Source: Oscillospiraceae bacterium
GTDB lineage: Bacteria; Bacillota; Clostridia; Oscillospirales; JAAYOS01
Length of the DNA: 64,000 bases
Assembly: GCA_031264245.1 (NCBI GenBank)
Contig: JAISEG010000009.1
Span: forward strand, 4,986 to 68,985
Direction of reading: 5' to 3'
The position numbers and the translations under genes were made by a program. Within the stretch, counting starts at the first letter, position 1. Each line of letters opens with the position of its first letter. The notes under the pieces are model-generated. The model did no database searches, had not been told where the DNA came from, and was given only the letters and a program-made list of their open reading frames with translations. This document shows positions 1 through 10,552 of this stretch, piece by piece.

Positions 1-286
1 AATGGAGATAAAGTATGATAACTCCTATCGATGGGAGCCGGTACCGTATAGCTATCGAATCGACTATGTTTTGAGTATATATAATTTGGATGAAAGCGTG
101 TTCAATATCATTTGCGGAGAGCACGAAAAAACAGTTGAGGTACGTGTTAGCACTTAACAGCAAATCATAAAAACACTGTTTGATTCAAAAGAGGTGAAAG
201 CATGAAAATAAACAAGAAAAAAATAAGAAGACGGGTAATTTGCTTTATTCTAGCCATCCTGCCATTAAAGCATGGGGGAATTTGAT

Positions 287-703
287 ATGAGAGCGTTGAG
301 TGTTATTTTTGTTCTGCTGACATTGCTGTCCGGCTGTGGCGGTTCCCAGACGGAAGCAGACGATATTTCCGGCATTATAGCGGGAAGATGGGTAATAAAT
401 TACGCGGTAAACGCGGACGACGGAACAGAGCTCCCGCTTCAGCTGTTATATGGGTCAGCTATCATACTCGGTGATGGCTTAACACTGTATAGCGACGGAA
501 GCTTTACAAAATATTACGGGGTAACTGATGACATAAGTAAACAAGAGGGCAGCTACTCTGTTGACGGCAATACAATAATATTTGTATATGATTACGGCAA
601 TACGGAAACGGCTTTATATTTGCCGTCCAGCCGGGAGATAGAGTATCATTGCTATCCTTTGGAAGATGAAGCTGTTTATGAATACTACACTAAAGCTGAG
701 TGA
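287..703 (+). CDS. putative lipoprotein (signal peptide + lipobox LLSGC), function unknown
   Basis: ORF 272..703; internal Met at 287 is preceded by GGGGGAA as RBS; N-terminus MRALSVIFVLLTLLSGCGG is a typical lipoprotein signal. Confidence 0.5.
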   Translation: MRALSVIFVLLTLLSGCGGSQTEADDISGIIAGRWVINYAVNADDGTELPLQLLYGSAIILGDGLTLYSDGSFTKYYGVTDDISKQEGSYSVDGNTIIFVYDYGNTETALYLPSSREIEYHCYPLEDEAVYEYYTKAE

Positions 704-728
704 TAAGCGCGGTCGAGGAGGGAAAAGC

Positions 729-1226
729 ATGACTGAGGAAATGACGAAGAAACGGAGGAAAGGCAGACTGGGTTTAGCGGGGCTTATTTTTGGCTTAACG
801 TTCTTTGCGGGGCTTATTTCATTTGTGTTCGGTCCCTGGATAATTGGCTCTATGACTGCCACATTTAATCTTAAGAACGCGGAGCTAAAAGCGATGGCAA
901 AGGAGGTAAAGGCAAATTACGAGATTGTAAAAAGGGTGGAAAGTGAATACTGTATTACATCCGTGCAAATTGAGGTAACACTGAAGGATGGTTGCACGGA
1001 CGAGGAGCTGCTTGAAATCTTTGAGTACATAAAGGGGAGAATTGATATAGAAACGGTGAAAAAAGCGTACTCTGAGGTAGGAAAATATAAGCCTGACGGC
1101 ATTTATGGCGAAGTATCTATAATTTTATTCAAAAATGGAAAGGGATTACGCTATGAAGGTTATCATATTGACAAAAGCGGCGCAGCCGGAACAATAGGCG
1201 AGCTGTATCATTGGCAAAAGGTATAA
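729..1226 (+). CDS. hypothetical membrane-anchored protein
   Basis: ORF 666..1226 trimmed to ATG at 729 (MTEEMTKKRR.. then a TM helix); GGAGGG RBS upstream; no family recognised. Confidence 0.4.
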   Translation: MTEEMTKKRRKGRLGLAGLIFGLTFFAGLISFVFGPWIIGSMTATFNLKNAELKAMAKEVKANYEIVKRVESEYCITSVQIEVTLKDGCTDEELLEIFEYIKGRIDIETVKKAYSEVGKYKPDGIYGEVSIILFKNGKGLRYEGYHIDKSGAAGTIGELYHWQKV

Positions 1227-1349
1227 TAAACCTGCGAAATTTATAGAATGTGGCGTTCAGGCGGAGGGTGGTGAAGATAAAGATGGGATAAATTGCCGTA
1301 ATTTTGCCTGTGTGGAAAATGACCTGATAAATTGTGCGGTTTCTCGCGC

Positions 1350-1395
1350 GGAACCCCGGCGGGACCATTAATTATAGTCCCGCCGGGGTTCTGCG
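1350..1395. terminator. bidirectional hairpin terminator (GAACCCCGGCGGGAC..GTCCCGCCGGGGTTC) between convergent genes
   Basis: Perfect ~15-bp inverted repeat with AT-rich loop between the plus-strand gene ending 1226 and ypeB ending 1418. Confidence 0.5.
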
Positions 1396-1417
1396 TTTAT
1401 CCTCAGCCTGTGGGATA

Positions 1418-2788
1418 TCAGATAGTAAGCGTCCCGTTCTCCGATTCTATCAGAATCAAAATCTGTTCCTCGTTTCCTGTTTCAACGCTGACATATATCA
1501 GATATTGCTGACCCGTGCCGTCCGAGCATTTGAACTCGTGGCAGAGCTTTTCATACTGCCCCGGCGACGGTATGACCGCGAGACGCACCGAGTCCACCGT
1601 GAGGTCGGAGGAAAGCTTTTCCCGCGCCTCCGCCTCGCTCACCTTTACCGCGGGAAGCTCCCTCGTCTTGTGGTTCATCAGATATCCCCTGCACTCGTAA
1701 CCCAATATCTCGCCGTCGTCCATCGCCACACATACCTTTGCGAGGTCGGGGTAAAATATAGTGTCGTTTTCGCTGTACGCGTAGTTTATGGTGCAGATAT
1801 TGTTTTCTATGAAGTAGTAGCTCTCGGTCATGCTCTCAAGCTCAAGCCTCTTCATAAATTCCTTGGCCTTTTCGACGCACTGCTCCGCTGAAAGGGCCGC
1901 CTCGCCCACAGCCTTGGAGTTCATCATATCCACCAGCTTCCCGCCCTGAACCGTCACGTCGATATACGCAAAATTTTCCCCGTCGTTTACGCTCAGGTTG
2001 TGAACCGGCATGGTGTCCCCGCTTACCCCCGCATACTGGACGGAGGACTGCGGAATATCCAGAAGCTTTGCCACAAGCCCGGTGGCATATGCGGAGTCCA
2101 CCTCCTTAAGGTTTTCAAGGTATACCGGCTTTCTCGCCGTAATGTGCTCGGAAAACGGTCCGTCGTATATCAGCCCCGCGTACTCAGGGAACTGAAGCTC
2201 CATTTCGCTTAAGCTGTCCGACATCGCGTCAATGCTGCCCGGCTGCATTTCGCTTGCCGCCTCCATTGTATGGTAGCCGTTCACGCTCAGCGAGCCGTCC
2301 AGCACCCCCTGATACAGCTCCCTGAGGTTCTGGGAAAGCTGAAACGCCGCGTCCGCAAGCTCGCTCATCGACGCCGCCTCCGCCTCGGTGATGCCCTGAC
2401 CCTCGGCGTCCTTTTTGGTCAGCGCGTAGGAGTAATCCCCTATCTGGCAGAGAAATTTTGCCGTGCGTTCAAGCTCGATATGTGAAAACGGCAGCCCCGA
2501 AAGCGCGGATACCGCGAGAGCGGAATTTCTCGATACCTCGTTTGACAGGGTCGCGACCATGCCCGCCGTCTTTGCGTACCTGCCCTTTTGCAGCGACGAA
2601 TTTATTTTGTCTATGCTTTCCACAAGCTCGCCGAAGCTGTGCTGGTAGCCGCTCTCCATGTGCCACTTGTAGCTTTGCGCTTCCCTGTAGTTTATATATA
2701 CAAATGCCGACAGCACCGATATCAGCGCCAGCGTGTAGCTCACGGTTCTGATAGCCCCTCTTTTGCTTAACATTTTTCTTCTTGACAT
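1418..2788 (-). CDS. ypeB: germination protein YpeB (PepSY-domain, spore cortex-lytic enzyme partner)
   Basis: 483-aa ORF; N-terminal TM anchor, overall similarity pattern and size of YpeB family (PepSY repeats in C-terminal half); start trimmed to MSRRKM with AGGAA upstream. Confidence 0.6.
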   Translation of the reverse strand: MSRRKMLSKRGAIRTVSYTLALISVLSAFVYINYREAQSYKWHMESGYQHSFGELVESIDKINSSLQKGRYAKTAGMVATLSNEVSRNSALAVSALSGLPFSHIELERTAKFLCQIGDYSYALTKKDAEGQGITEAEAASMSELADAAFQLSQNLRELYQGVLDGSLSVNGYHTMEAASEMQPGSIDAMSDSLSEMELQFPEYAGLIYDGPFSEHITARKPVYLENLKEVDSAYATGLVAKLLDIPQSSVQYAGVSGDTMPVHNLSVNDGENFAYIDVTVQGGKLVDMMNSKAVGEAALSAEQCVEKAKEFMKRLELESMTESYYFIENNICTINYAYSENDTIFYPDLAKVCVAMDDGEILGYECRGYLMNHKTRELPAVKVSEAEAREKLSSDLTVDSVRLAVIPSPGQYEKLCHEFKCSDGTGQQYLIYVSVETGNEEQILILIESENGTLTI

Positions 2789-3147
2789 TTTTATGCCCAT
2801 TCCTTTCTTCGGGAATTGTGCCGGGGTCGCTGGGGCGACCTTCCGGACCTTCAGTCCGGAAAGGCACAAAACCGGGTTTGAAAGCTCCGTCTTTCAAACT
2901 TCCACCTTTTCTTAAAATACTCATCCCAAACGCTATGGCGTTATTTTATTAAATTAGTATGCTGAGAGTAGTTTTACCTGTTCGCGGGAAATTATAATCA
3001 TTACAGGCATGTCTTTTTTTGTTTGATATATTCGGAATATTGTGGTACAATTCATGTTAATATCTATATTTGTAAATTATACTATGTTAATTATTATCTG
3101 CAATTTGCAGTCTCCACATATATGACTTTGAAAGGAACAAAGAAACG

Positions 3148-4341
3148 ATGGATTTCAAATTTGCTAACAGGATCCAGACCTTGCAACCCTCTGTGATAAG
3201 GGAGATACTCAAAGCCGACCCTGACCCGGAAATGATATCCTTCGCGGCGGGCAACCCTTCCCCGCTTACCTTTCCCACCGCCGCCATGCAGCCGCTCGCA
3301 AACGAGATTTTCGAAAACGAGGCGGCGCCGGCGTTTCAGTACGGCGTCACCGAGGGCTATACCCCGCTGCGCACAGCCACCGCCGAGCGCATATCCTCCA
3401 AATACGGGATCGGCGGGGAGGTCGACGACCTCATAATCACCTCCGGCGGTCAGCAGGCGATCGAGCTTGCCGCCAAGGTCCTGTGCAACGAGGACGACAC
3501 CGTGATATGCGAATCCCCCAGCTTTATCGGCGCGCTCAACGCCTTCCGTTCGTTTAAGCTAAACCTCGTCGGCATCGAAACCGACGAAAACGGGATGCGT
3601 GTCGAGCTGCTTGAGGACGCCCTGAGGGCGAACCCGAACACGCGGCTCATATATACGATATCCACCTTCCACAACCCCGGCGGATGTACCCTTTCGCTGG
3701 AGCGCCGCAAGAAAATGCTGGAGCTTGCGAAGAAGTATGACGTACTTATCCTGGAGGATTCGCCGTACTTCGAGCTTCGCTACTCGGGCGAATATGTCCC
3801 CCCGATAAAAAGCATGGATACCGAGGGGCGGGTAATATTCGCGGGCTCCTATTCCAAGGTGGTCGCCCCCGGCATCCGGGTCGGTTACGCCTGCGGACAC
3901 AGGGACATAATCTCAAAGATGACTGTCGCAAAGCAGGTGGGCGACGTCCATACAAACCTGTTTTTCCAAATGCTGGTGCACCGCTTTGTCACCGGCGGCG
4001 GCTTCGACGCTCACATAGAGAACAGCTGTGACCTTTACCGGAAAAAGTGCGGGCTCATGCTGGACGAGATGGATAAGAAAATCGACAGGAGCAAGGCGGA
4101 CTGGACGAAACCGGACGGCGGGCTGTTCATCTGGGTCACGCTGAAAAATGGCTTCGACGGAATGGAGCTCTGCCGCATAATGAAGCGGCGTAAGCTCACC
4201 TGTGTGCCGGGCAGCGCGTTTTGCGTCGACGAGACCGCCGTTTCGTCCGGAATACGGCTGAATTTCTCCCTCCCCTCCGACGAACAGATAGTCAAAGGGG
4301 TGGGAATCCTCGCCCGCGCTATCGACGAGTTTGTGAAATAG
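3148..4341 (+). CDS. PLP-dependent aminotransferase, class I/II
   Basis: 397-aa ORF with aminotransferase class I/II signature regions (SGGQQAIELA, YSKVVAPGIRVGY lysine region); good RBS GAAAGGAAC. Confidence 0.7.
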   Translation: MDFKFANRIQTLQPSVIREILKADPDPEMISFAAGNPSPLTFPTAAMQPLANEIFENEAAPAFQYGVTEGYTPLRTATAERISSKYGIGGEVDDLIITSGGQQAIELAAKVLCNEDDTVICESPSFIGALNAFRSFKLNLVGIETDENGMRVELLEDALRANPNTRLIYTISTFHNPGGCTLSLERRKKMLELAKKYDVLILEDSPYFELRYSGEYVPPIKSMDTEGRVIFAGSYSKVVAPGIRVGYACGHRDIISKMTVAKQVGDVHTNLFFQMLVHRFVTGGGFDAHIENSCDLYRKKCGLMLDEMDKKIDRSKADWTKPDGGLFIWVTLKNGFDGMELCRIMKRRKLTCVPGSAFCVDETAVSSGIRLNFSLPSDEQIVKGVGILARAIDEFVK

Positions 4342-4378
4342 CTTGAACCTACGCTAAAGAAAGGAACAGTCGTAATAT

Positions 4379-5377
4379 ATGGATAAGCGCAAAATGATAT
4401 TCAGCGGCATAAAGCCCACCGGCGACCTCACCCTGGGCTCGTATCTCGGCGCGATAAAGAACTGGGTCGCCTTGCAGGAGGAGTACCGCTGCCTCTACTG
4501 CATTGTGGATATGCACGCGATAACCATACGAAACGACCCGGCGGTGCTGCGCAGGCGCACCCTTGAGCAGCTTGCCCAGTATATAGCCTGCGGCCTTGAC
4601 TACCGGAGCAACACCCTCTTTATCCAGAGCCATGTGCCCCAGCACGCCGAGCTTTCGTGGGTGCTCAGCTGCTACTCCATGATGGGGGAGCTTGGCCGCA
4701 TGACCCAGTACAAGGATATGCAGAAAAAACAGGTGAACAACCTAAACGCCGGTATCTTCACCTATCCGGTTTTGATGGCGGCGGACATACTTCTCTATCA
4801 CGCGGACCTCGTGCCTGTGGGGGAGGATCAGAAGCAGCATGTGGAAATCTGCCGCGACATCGCCGAACGCTTCAACGGCATATACGGCGGCGTCTTTACC
4901 ATCCCTCAGCCATTTATCCCGGCGGTGGGGGCAAGGATAAAGAGCCTCACCGACCCCACCGCGAAGATGTCCAAGTCCGACGACGACCCGCAGGGCAGCA
5001 TCTACCTGATGGACAGCCCGGAGGCTGTGATGAAGAAATTCAAGCGCGCCATCACCGATTCGGAGAGCGCGGTCCGCTTCGACCCGGAAAACAAGCCGGG
5101 CATCTCAAACCTCCTCACCATCTACGCCTGTTCCACAGGCAAAAGCATAGAGCAGTCGGCGGCGGACTTTGAGGGGCAGGGCTACGGAATATTCAAGCCC
5201 GCCGTCGCGGAAGCCGCGATCGAGCTGCTGCGCCCCATACGGGAAAAAACACTCAATCTGCTTGAGGATAAGGCCGGGCTTGAGAAAATTTTCCGCGACG
5301 GCGCGGAAAAAGCGGGAGAGCTTGCGCGCGGCACAATGAAGCGGGTGTACGAAACGCTCGGCTTTGTCGCGAAATAA
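4379..5377 (+). CDS. trpS: tryptophan--tRNA ligase
   Basis: 332 aa; class I aaRS HIGH-like (GIKPTGDLTLGSYLGA) and KMSKS (KMSKS present) motifs; TrpRS size. Confidence 0.9.
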   Translation: MDKRKMIFSGIKPTGDLTLGSYLGAIKNWVALQEEYRCLYCIVDMHAITIRNDPAVLRRRTLEQLAQYIACGLDYRSNTLFIQSHVPQHAELSWVLSCYSMMGELGRMTQYKDMQKKQVNNLNAGIFTYPVLMAADILLYHADLVPVGEDQKQHVEICRDIAERFNGIYGGVFTIPQPFIPAVGARIKSLTDPTAKMSKSDDDPQGSIYLMDSPEAVMKKFKRAITDSESAVRFDPENKPGISNLLTIYACSTGKSIEQSAADFEGQGYGIFKPAVAEAAIELLRPIREKTLNLLEDKAGLEKIFRDGAEKAGELARGTMKRVYETLGFVAK

Positions 5378-5401
5378 CCGGGCTTATGTGAGGGCTTAAA
5401 A

Positions 5402-6523
5402 ATGTTCGATCAGTATAAATTGCTAATAATAGTGCTGTGTACCCTTGCGGTGGCGTTTGGCATCTCCTTTGCCGCCACTCCCCTTGTCCGCCTCTTCGCC
5501 AAGAAAATCGGCGCGATGGACGTTCCCAAGGACGACAGGCGTATGCACAACGTACCCATACCGCGTATCGGCGGGCTTGCAATATTCTTCGGCTTCATTG
5601 TAAGCGTGCTGATCTTCGCGGATATAAACACGCAGCTTCGCGGCATCCTCATCGGGCTTGTCATCATCGTAGTGCTGGGGCTTGTCGACGATATCATGCC
5701 GCTTCCCGCGCTTTTGAAGCTTGTGGTGCAGATAATTGCCGCCTTGGTTGCGGTTACTCACGGCACGGTGATAAATCATCTGACAAACCCGAATATTTTC
5801 AGCCCGGTTCCCTATTGGACGCTGGGCGCGTTCGCGGCGCCTGTGACCGTCATATGGATAGTCGCCATCACAAATTCGGTCAACTTTATTGACGGGCTTG
5901 ACGGGCTTGCCGTTGGGGTCTCCGCCATCTCCGCCTTCTCCATGCTCATTATCGCGCTGATGGTTTCGGAGCCGAACGTCGCGGTGGTGGTGGCGGCGCT
6001 CGCTGGCGGCTGCGTCGGCTTCATGCCGTACAACCTGAATCCCGCAAAGATATTTATGGGGGATGTGGGGGCGACCGCCATCGGCTTTATACTCGCCACC
6101 ATGTCGATACAGGGTCTGTTCAAGTTTTATGCCATCGTATCCTTTGCGGTCCCCTTCCTCATACTTGCCCTGCCGCTTTTCGACTTTATCTTCGCGTTTT
6201 TCCGCAGGATACTCGCGGGCAAAAGCCCGATGTCCGCCGACCGCGGGCATGTGCATCACCGCCTGATAGACATGGGCTTCAACCAAAAGCAGGTGGTGGC
6301 GATAATGTACACCATGAGCGGGCTTCTCGGGGTTACCGCGGTGGTTCTCACCGCGCGGGGCGAGCTGCGGGCGATGATACTCCTTGTCGCGTTTTTGGTC
6401 GCGGGGCTGATAGCGGCGCGGCTGCTGATAACCGGCAATTCGGGAAAGGAGCGGCGGAGCGCGGCGGCGGAGCGCGGCACGGATACGGATTCGGATACGG
6501 ATTCGGAAAACGGCGAGAACTAA
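5402..6523 (+). CDS. tagO: undecaprenyl-phosphate N-acetylglucosamine-1-phosphate transferase (MraY/WecA/TagO family)
   Basis: 373 aa, ~10 TM segments, the family's conserved aspartate-rich DGxDGL motif (NFIDGLDGLAVG) and the HHRL motif; acidic TD-repeat C-terminal tail. Confidence 0.75.
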   Translation: MFDQYKLLIIVLCTLAVAFGISFAATPLVRLFAKKIGAMDVPKDDRRMHNVPIPRIGGLAIFFGFIVSVLIFADINTQLRGILIGLVIIVVLGLVDDIMPLPALLKLVVQIIAALVAVTHGTVINHLTNPNIFSPVPYWTLGAFAAPVTVIWIVAITNSVNFIDGLDGLAVGVSAISAFSMLIIALMVSEPNVAVVVAALAGGCVGFMPYNLNPAKIFMGDVGATAIGFILATMSIQGLFKFYAIVSFAVPFLILALPLFDFIFAFFRRILAGKSPMSADRGHVHHRLIDMGFNQKQVVAIMYTMSGLLGVTAVVLTARGELRAMILLVAFLVAGLIAARLLITGNSGKERRSAAAERGTDTDSDTDSENGEN

Positions 6524-6558
6524 AATCTATTCTAATATAATTTAAGATGGAGCTCTAA

Positions 6559-7704
6559 ATGGAAAATATTAAGGTTATGACGGTTTTCGGCACCCGTCCG
6601 GAGGCGATTAAGATGGCTCCGCTCGTGCTGGAGCTTGAAAAGCGGGAGGGCGTCGACAGCATAGTCTGCGTCACGGCGCAGCACCGGGAAATGCTGGATT
6701 CCGTGCTTGAAATTTTTGGCATATCCCCCGACTACGATTTAAATATAATGAAGAAAAGCCAGTCCCTTTCCTCAATCACCTCGGGGGTGCTTCTGGGAAT
6801 CGACGGGGTGCTGAAGGAAGCGAAGCCGGATATGGTTTTGGTGCACGGCGACACCTCCACCACCTTCGCCGGCGCGCTTTCCGCGTTTTATCATCAAATC
6901 CCGGTCGGACACGTCGAGGCGGGGCTTCGTACATATGACCTGTATTCACCGTTTCCGGAGGAGGCAAACCGCAGGCTTGTAAGCGAGCTTTCCTGCCTCA
7001 ACTTCGCCCCCACAAGGTCAAACGCCGATAACCTGAGGAGAGAAAACGTATTCGGGAAAACCGTCGTCACCGGCAACACGGCCATCGACGCGCTGAAATT
7101 CACCATAAGGCCGGACTTCAAATTTTATACGAAGGAGCTTCTGGACATAGATTTTGAAAAAGAGCGTATAATATTAGTCACAGCCCACCGCCGCGAAAAC
7201 TACGGCGAACCGCTTGAAAACATTATGAACGCGCTTAAAGCCATAGCGGAAAGCCACAGCGATACCACCGTCATTTACCCTGTGCATTTAAGCCCGGTGG
7301 TCACCGAGACCGCGGGACGAATACTCGGAGGTATCCCAAACGTGAAGCTTACCCCGCCGCTGAACACGGACGAGATGCACAACCTGATGTCGAGATGTTA
7401 TATGGTCATGACCGATTCGGGCGGCTTGCAGGAGGAGGCTCCGGCGCTGGGCAAGCCTGTCCTCTGTATGCGCCGGGAGACCGAACGCCCGGAAGCGGTG
7501 GACGCCGGAACCGTCAAGCTCTGCGGGGTGGAGAAGGAGGTCATTGTCTCCATGGCAAACGAGCTGCTTGACGACCCCGCCGCCTACGGTAAAATGGCGC
7601 GCGCCGTAAATCCATACGGCGACGGCGAAGCGAGCAGGCGGATATGCGGCGCTATTTTGCACCACTTTGGCAGAGGCGGGGAAACCGACGAATTTCAGGG
7701 ATAG
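6559..7704 (+). CDS. mnaA: UDP-N-acetylglucosamine 2-epimerase (non-hydrolysing)
   Basis: 381 aa; canonical N-terminus KVMTVFGTRPEAIKMAPL and HVEAGLRT motif of WecB/MnaA. Confidence 0.9.
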   Translation: MENIKVMTVFGTRPEAIKMAPLVLELEKREGVDSIVCVTAQHREMLDSVLEIFGISPDYDLNIMKKSQSLSSITSGVLLGIDGVLKEAKPDMVLVHGDTSTTFAGALSAFYHQIPVGHVEAGLRTYDLYSPFPEEANRRLVSELSCLNFAPTRSNADNLRRENVFGKTVVTGNTAIDALKFTIRPDFKFYTKELLDIDFEKERIILVTAHRRENYGEPLENIMNALKAIAESHSDTTVIYPVHLSPVVTETAGRILGGIPNVKLTPPLNTDEMHNLMSRCYMVMTDSGGLQEEAPALGKPVLCMRRETERPEAVDAGTVKLCGVEKEVIVSMANELLDDPAAYGKMARAVNPYGDGEASRRICGAILHHFGRGGETDEFQG

Positions 7705-7738
7705 AGTATCTTGTCTTAAGCTTTGAAATGGAGTAATT

Positions 7739-8545
7739 ATGTTCAAAGGCAAATCAACAATATTCACCATACTCGCGGCTGTGACCTTGGTTATCGCGGT
7801 GTTCGCGGGTATTTACGCGTCCTCCATCTTCGGCGGGGACAACTATGAGATAGCGTTGCCCCCCGTCCCCTCGGGCGAGCCGGATCCGGGCGAGCAGGGC
7901 AACTACCGCCCTGTTTCGGATATCCCGAGCCTTGCGCTGATAACCGCGGACAACGTGCAGGCGTGTATCCGCGACCTTGAGAGACCCAGCGCCTTTTTTC
8001 AGGAGTTTGTGGTCGAGCTTTTCTTTGAGGGCGGGGCGGGACACTCCTCGGTCAGGCGCGAGCGGTACGTCATGGACGGCTGTGAGCGCATCTACGTCTA
8101 CAACAGCAGCGGCAAGATCAGCGAAAATTTCATAATCACGGAGGATAAGACCTACATCTGGGACGAGGGCAACCGCCAGTACCTCACCTCCCCCACCGGC
8201 TCTATACTCCCCGACGATGTGGCGCAGATACTGACCTATGAATCCATCCTCGACCTCGACAAGGGCAGCATAACCGCCTGCGGGTACGCCGCGGTGGGGG
8301 AGACGCCGTGTATCTTTGTGGAGGCGTACGATTCGGATTTGAAGGCAGCCCGGAACTACTGGATCTCGCTTGAAAGCGGGCTTCTCATTTCAGCGAATAT
8401 AACGAAGGATGAAAAGCTGACATATCAGATGAACCAGACGGCATACGGTCAAAACGGCGTGTACGAAACCTACTTTGACCTGCCCGACGGAAACAATGTG
8501 TTTTACCTGGACGGCGGCGACCCTTCACAGGACGCCTGGGAATAA
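7739..8545 (+). CDS. hypothetical membrane-anchored secreted protein
   Basis: 268-aa ORF with N-terminal TM/signal anchor; no recognisable domain. Confidence 0.4.
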   Translation: MFKGKSTIFTILAAVTLVIAVFAGIYASSIFGGDNYEIALPPVPSGEPDPGEQGNYRPVSDIPSLALITADNVQACIRDLERPSAFFQEFVVELFFEGGAGHSSVRRERYVMDGCERIYVYNSSGKISENFIITEDKTYIWDEGNRQYLTSPTGSILPDDVAQILTYESILDLDKGSITACGYAAVGETPCIFVEAYDSDLKAARNYWISLESGLLISANITKDEKLTYQMNQTAYGQNGVYETYFDLPDGNNVFYLDGGDPSQDAWE

Positions 8546-8628
8546 GATTAGATTATCTTTATCAAAACAGCGCGATGCAATGCCGCCGGAGGCGGCAATA
8601 TCATCGCGCTGTCTTAATAAAAAAATTG

Positions 8629-9207
8629 TCAGTATTTCGGCGCTCTCAGCAGCAGCCACACACTTGTCAGCAGCAGCGAAAAGTTGCAGCTCGCGTACGC
8701 GAAGGAGTAGACCCCGAGCAGTATCAGCCCGGCGCACACGGCGTAGTGCAGAACTCTGAGCGCCACAGTCTCCCTGTCAAAGAAGTACATGCTGAGCAAT
8801 CTTGCAATATTTCCCCCGTCCAGCTGCGCCGCGGGCAGGAGGTTGAAAAGCCCGAGTATCAAATTTACGCCGGCAAAGACCGAAAGGCCCTCGTTTCCGA
8901 GATGCTCCGCCAAATACGCGGAGGTGAACGCAAGCAGCAGGTTGACAAGCGGTCCGCCGAAGCAGATCAGTATATCCTGAAGATAGCTTAGACGCTCCCC
9001 TCCCGTGACCTCCAGCTCCGCGCCCACGGCGGACAGCCGAAACGAGCCTATCCCCGCGCCGAAGAGCTTTATCGCGGTCAGATGTCCCAGCTCATGCAGT
9101 ACCGCGGCGGTTACGACGGTGAGCATAAGGCCCTCGGCGTCCAAAAGCCAGATGAATGACATGAGGAGCACGAACCCCACGGTTACTTCAACTTTTCCGA
9201 ATTTCAT
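8629..9207 (-). CDS. spoIVFB: site-2 protease family M50 metallopeptidase (SpoIVFB-like)
   Basis: 192 aa polytopic membrane protein with HELGH zinc motif and NLLPAAQLDGG (LDG) motif of M50/S2P; directly follows an M23-domain gene as in spoIVFA-spoIVFB operons. Confidence 0.65.
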   Translation of the reverse strand: MKFGKVEVTVGFVLLMSFIWLLDAEGLMLTVVTAAVLHELGHLTAIKLFGAGIGSFRLSAVGAELEVTGGERLSYLQDILICFGGPLVNLLLAFTSAYLAEHLGNEGLSVFAGVNLILGLFNLLPAAQLDGGNIARLLSMYFFDRETVALRVLHYAVCAGLILLGVYSFAYASCNFSLLLTSVWLLLRAPKY

Positions 9208-10323
9208 CTATTTGCTGGGCGTCACATAGTGAGCCGGGTCAAGGTTGGTCGTTCCGCTCCTGACCTCAAAGTGCAGGTGCGGTCCTGTCGAATACCCTGT
9301 GTTGCCCACCTGCGCGACCGGGTCGCCCATCTGAATTAGCTGCCCCTCCTCCACCAATATCTTTTTGCAGTGTCCGTAGAAGGTTATTATTCCGTCCTTG
9401 TGGCGCAGAAACACATAGTTTCCGTATATCGAGTCCACACCCACAGCCTCCACCGTACCCGCGGCAAACGCCGATATCACCGTCCCGCTGTCGGCGCCTA
9501 TGTCCAGACCGTAGTGGAAGCTGAGCTTTTTGGAGATCGGATGTATGCGGTAGCCGAATTTTGAGGTGAGGGTTCCGTCGACGGGCAGCATATATTCAAA
9601 ATCTATGTCATAGTATTCATAGCTTACGTTGCTGGGAGCCGCGTTTCCGTTCTCGTCCTTCTCGCCCGGCAGCGGCAGAACTATCTCGTCAAATTCATTC
9701 GACTTATCCTCCGAGGATACCGACAGGTATTGCATCGTCCTGCCAAGCTTTTGATACTCAAGCTTTGTCTCCCTGTCCAGCGAGGTTATCAAGCCACTCT
9801 GCTGTGAGGCGTTGTATGTAAATTTATCGTTCAGCATATCCCTGTTAAATATGCCCTCCCGTTCAGCGGCGCCCGCTTCGCTCAGCGGTATTGTCACATC
9901 CCCTGAAACAGGGGCGTCCGCTTCGGACGCGGAGGCCGGAAGCCCGCCGGACGCGCTTTTGTATGAGGAGTCGAAGCTTCCCGACGCGATATCCTTAAAG
10001 ACGTCGGTGATTTTGCCCTCCCCCGCAAGCGCGCCGCCAAAGGCGGAGAACACCGCCCTGTAGTCGATTCCTCCCGCGACGTTCTGCCGCATAAAGGTCT
10101 CGAAGCCCTCCACCCTGCCGGGCAAGGCATATTTAATTATACCCGTCGTACCCAGAATGAGCACACAGGCTATAAGCTTGATTGCAAGCGGTCTGATACC
10201 AAGGCCCTTCGTCTCCTTGACACGTCTGCCGCCCCCGCTTCCCCGCCGCGTTTTTCTTCCGCTGTACTTGCTCACGCCCGAAGAAATCTGACGGACGCGT
10301 TCATTTCTTCTATCCTCTTCCAT
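9208..10323 (-). CDS. spoIVFA: M23/LytM-domain membrane protein (SpoIVFA-like)
   Basis: 371 aa; N-terminal TM anchor; C-terminal M23 motifs HYGLDIGA...GPHLHFEV; stop abuts start of the M50 gene. Confidence 0.6.
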   Translation of the reverse strand: MEEDRRNERVRQISSGVSKYSGRKTRRGSGGGRRVKETKGLGIRPLAIKLIACVLILGTTGIIKYALPGRVEGFETFMRQNVAGGIDYRAVFSAFGGALAGEGKITDVFKDIASGSFDSSYKSASGGLPASASEADAPVSGDVTIPLSEAGAAEREGIFNRDMLNDKFTYNASQQSGLITSLDRETKLEYQKLGRTMQYLSVSSEDKSNEFDEIVLPLPGEKDENGNAAPSNVSYEYYDIDFEYMLPVDGTLTSKFGYRIHPISKKLSFHYGLDIGADSGTVISAFAAGTVEAVGVDSIYGNYVFLRHKDGIITFYGHCKKILVEEGQLIQMGDPVAQVGNTGYSTGPHLHFEVRSGTTNLDPAHYVTPSK

Positions 10324-10351
10324 AAGCCTATCTCCTATTCCTGTTTTCTGC

Positions 10352-10440
10352 CTATATAGTTAATTAACTTAAGAATGACTAAAATCCTTTTCCGGCTTTA
10401 AGCCGTAAAAGGAATTCATTCTAAAGTTAATTACCTATAG
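10352..10440. repeat. T-family palindromic miniature repeat, copy 1 (TTAACTTAAGAATGA...TCATTCTAAAGTTAA)
   Basis: ~75-bp near-perfect palindrome; homologous copies at 45599-45690 (inverted, with 15-bp insert) and 62008-62100. Confidence 0.75.
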
Positions 10441-10552
10441 TATAAGAAATATATATTCGCGGGGATGAGAAAAAATAACAGCGAAAGCAAACTTTTCGGA
10501 CAAGATATAATTATAAAAACACGGACCGGCAACCGCCGGTCCGTGTTTGGTC

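Noticed and set aside
5423-6286. 287-aa minus-strand ORF (His/Arg/Gly-rich) inside tagO
   Set aside because: Antisense shadow ORF typical of high-GC coding DNA; it overlaps a well-supported MraY-family gene on the other strand and has low-complexity composition.
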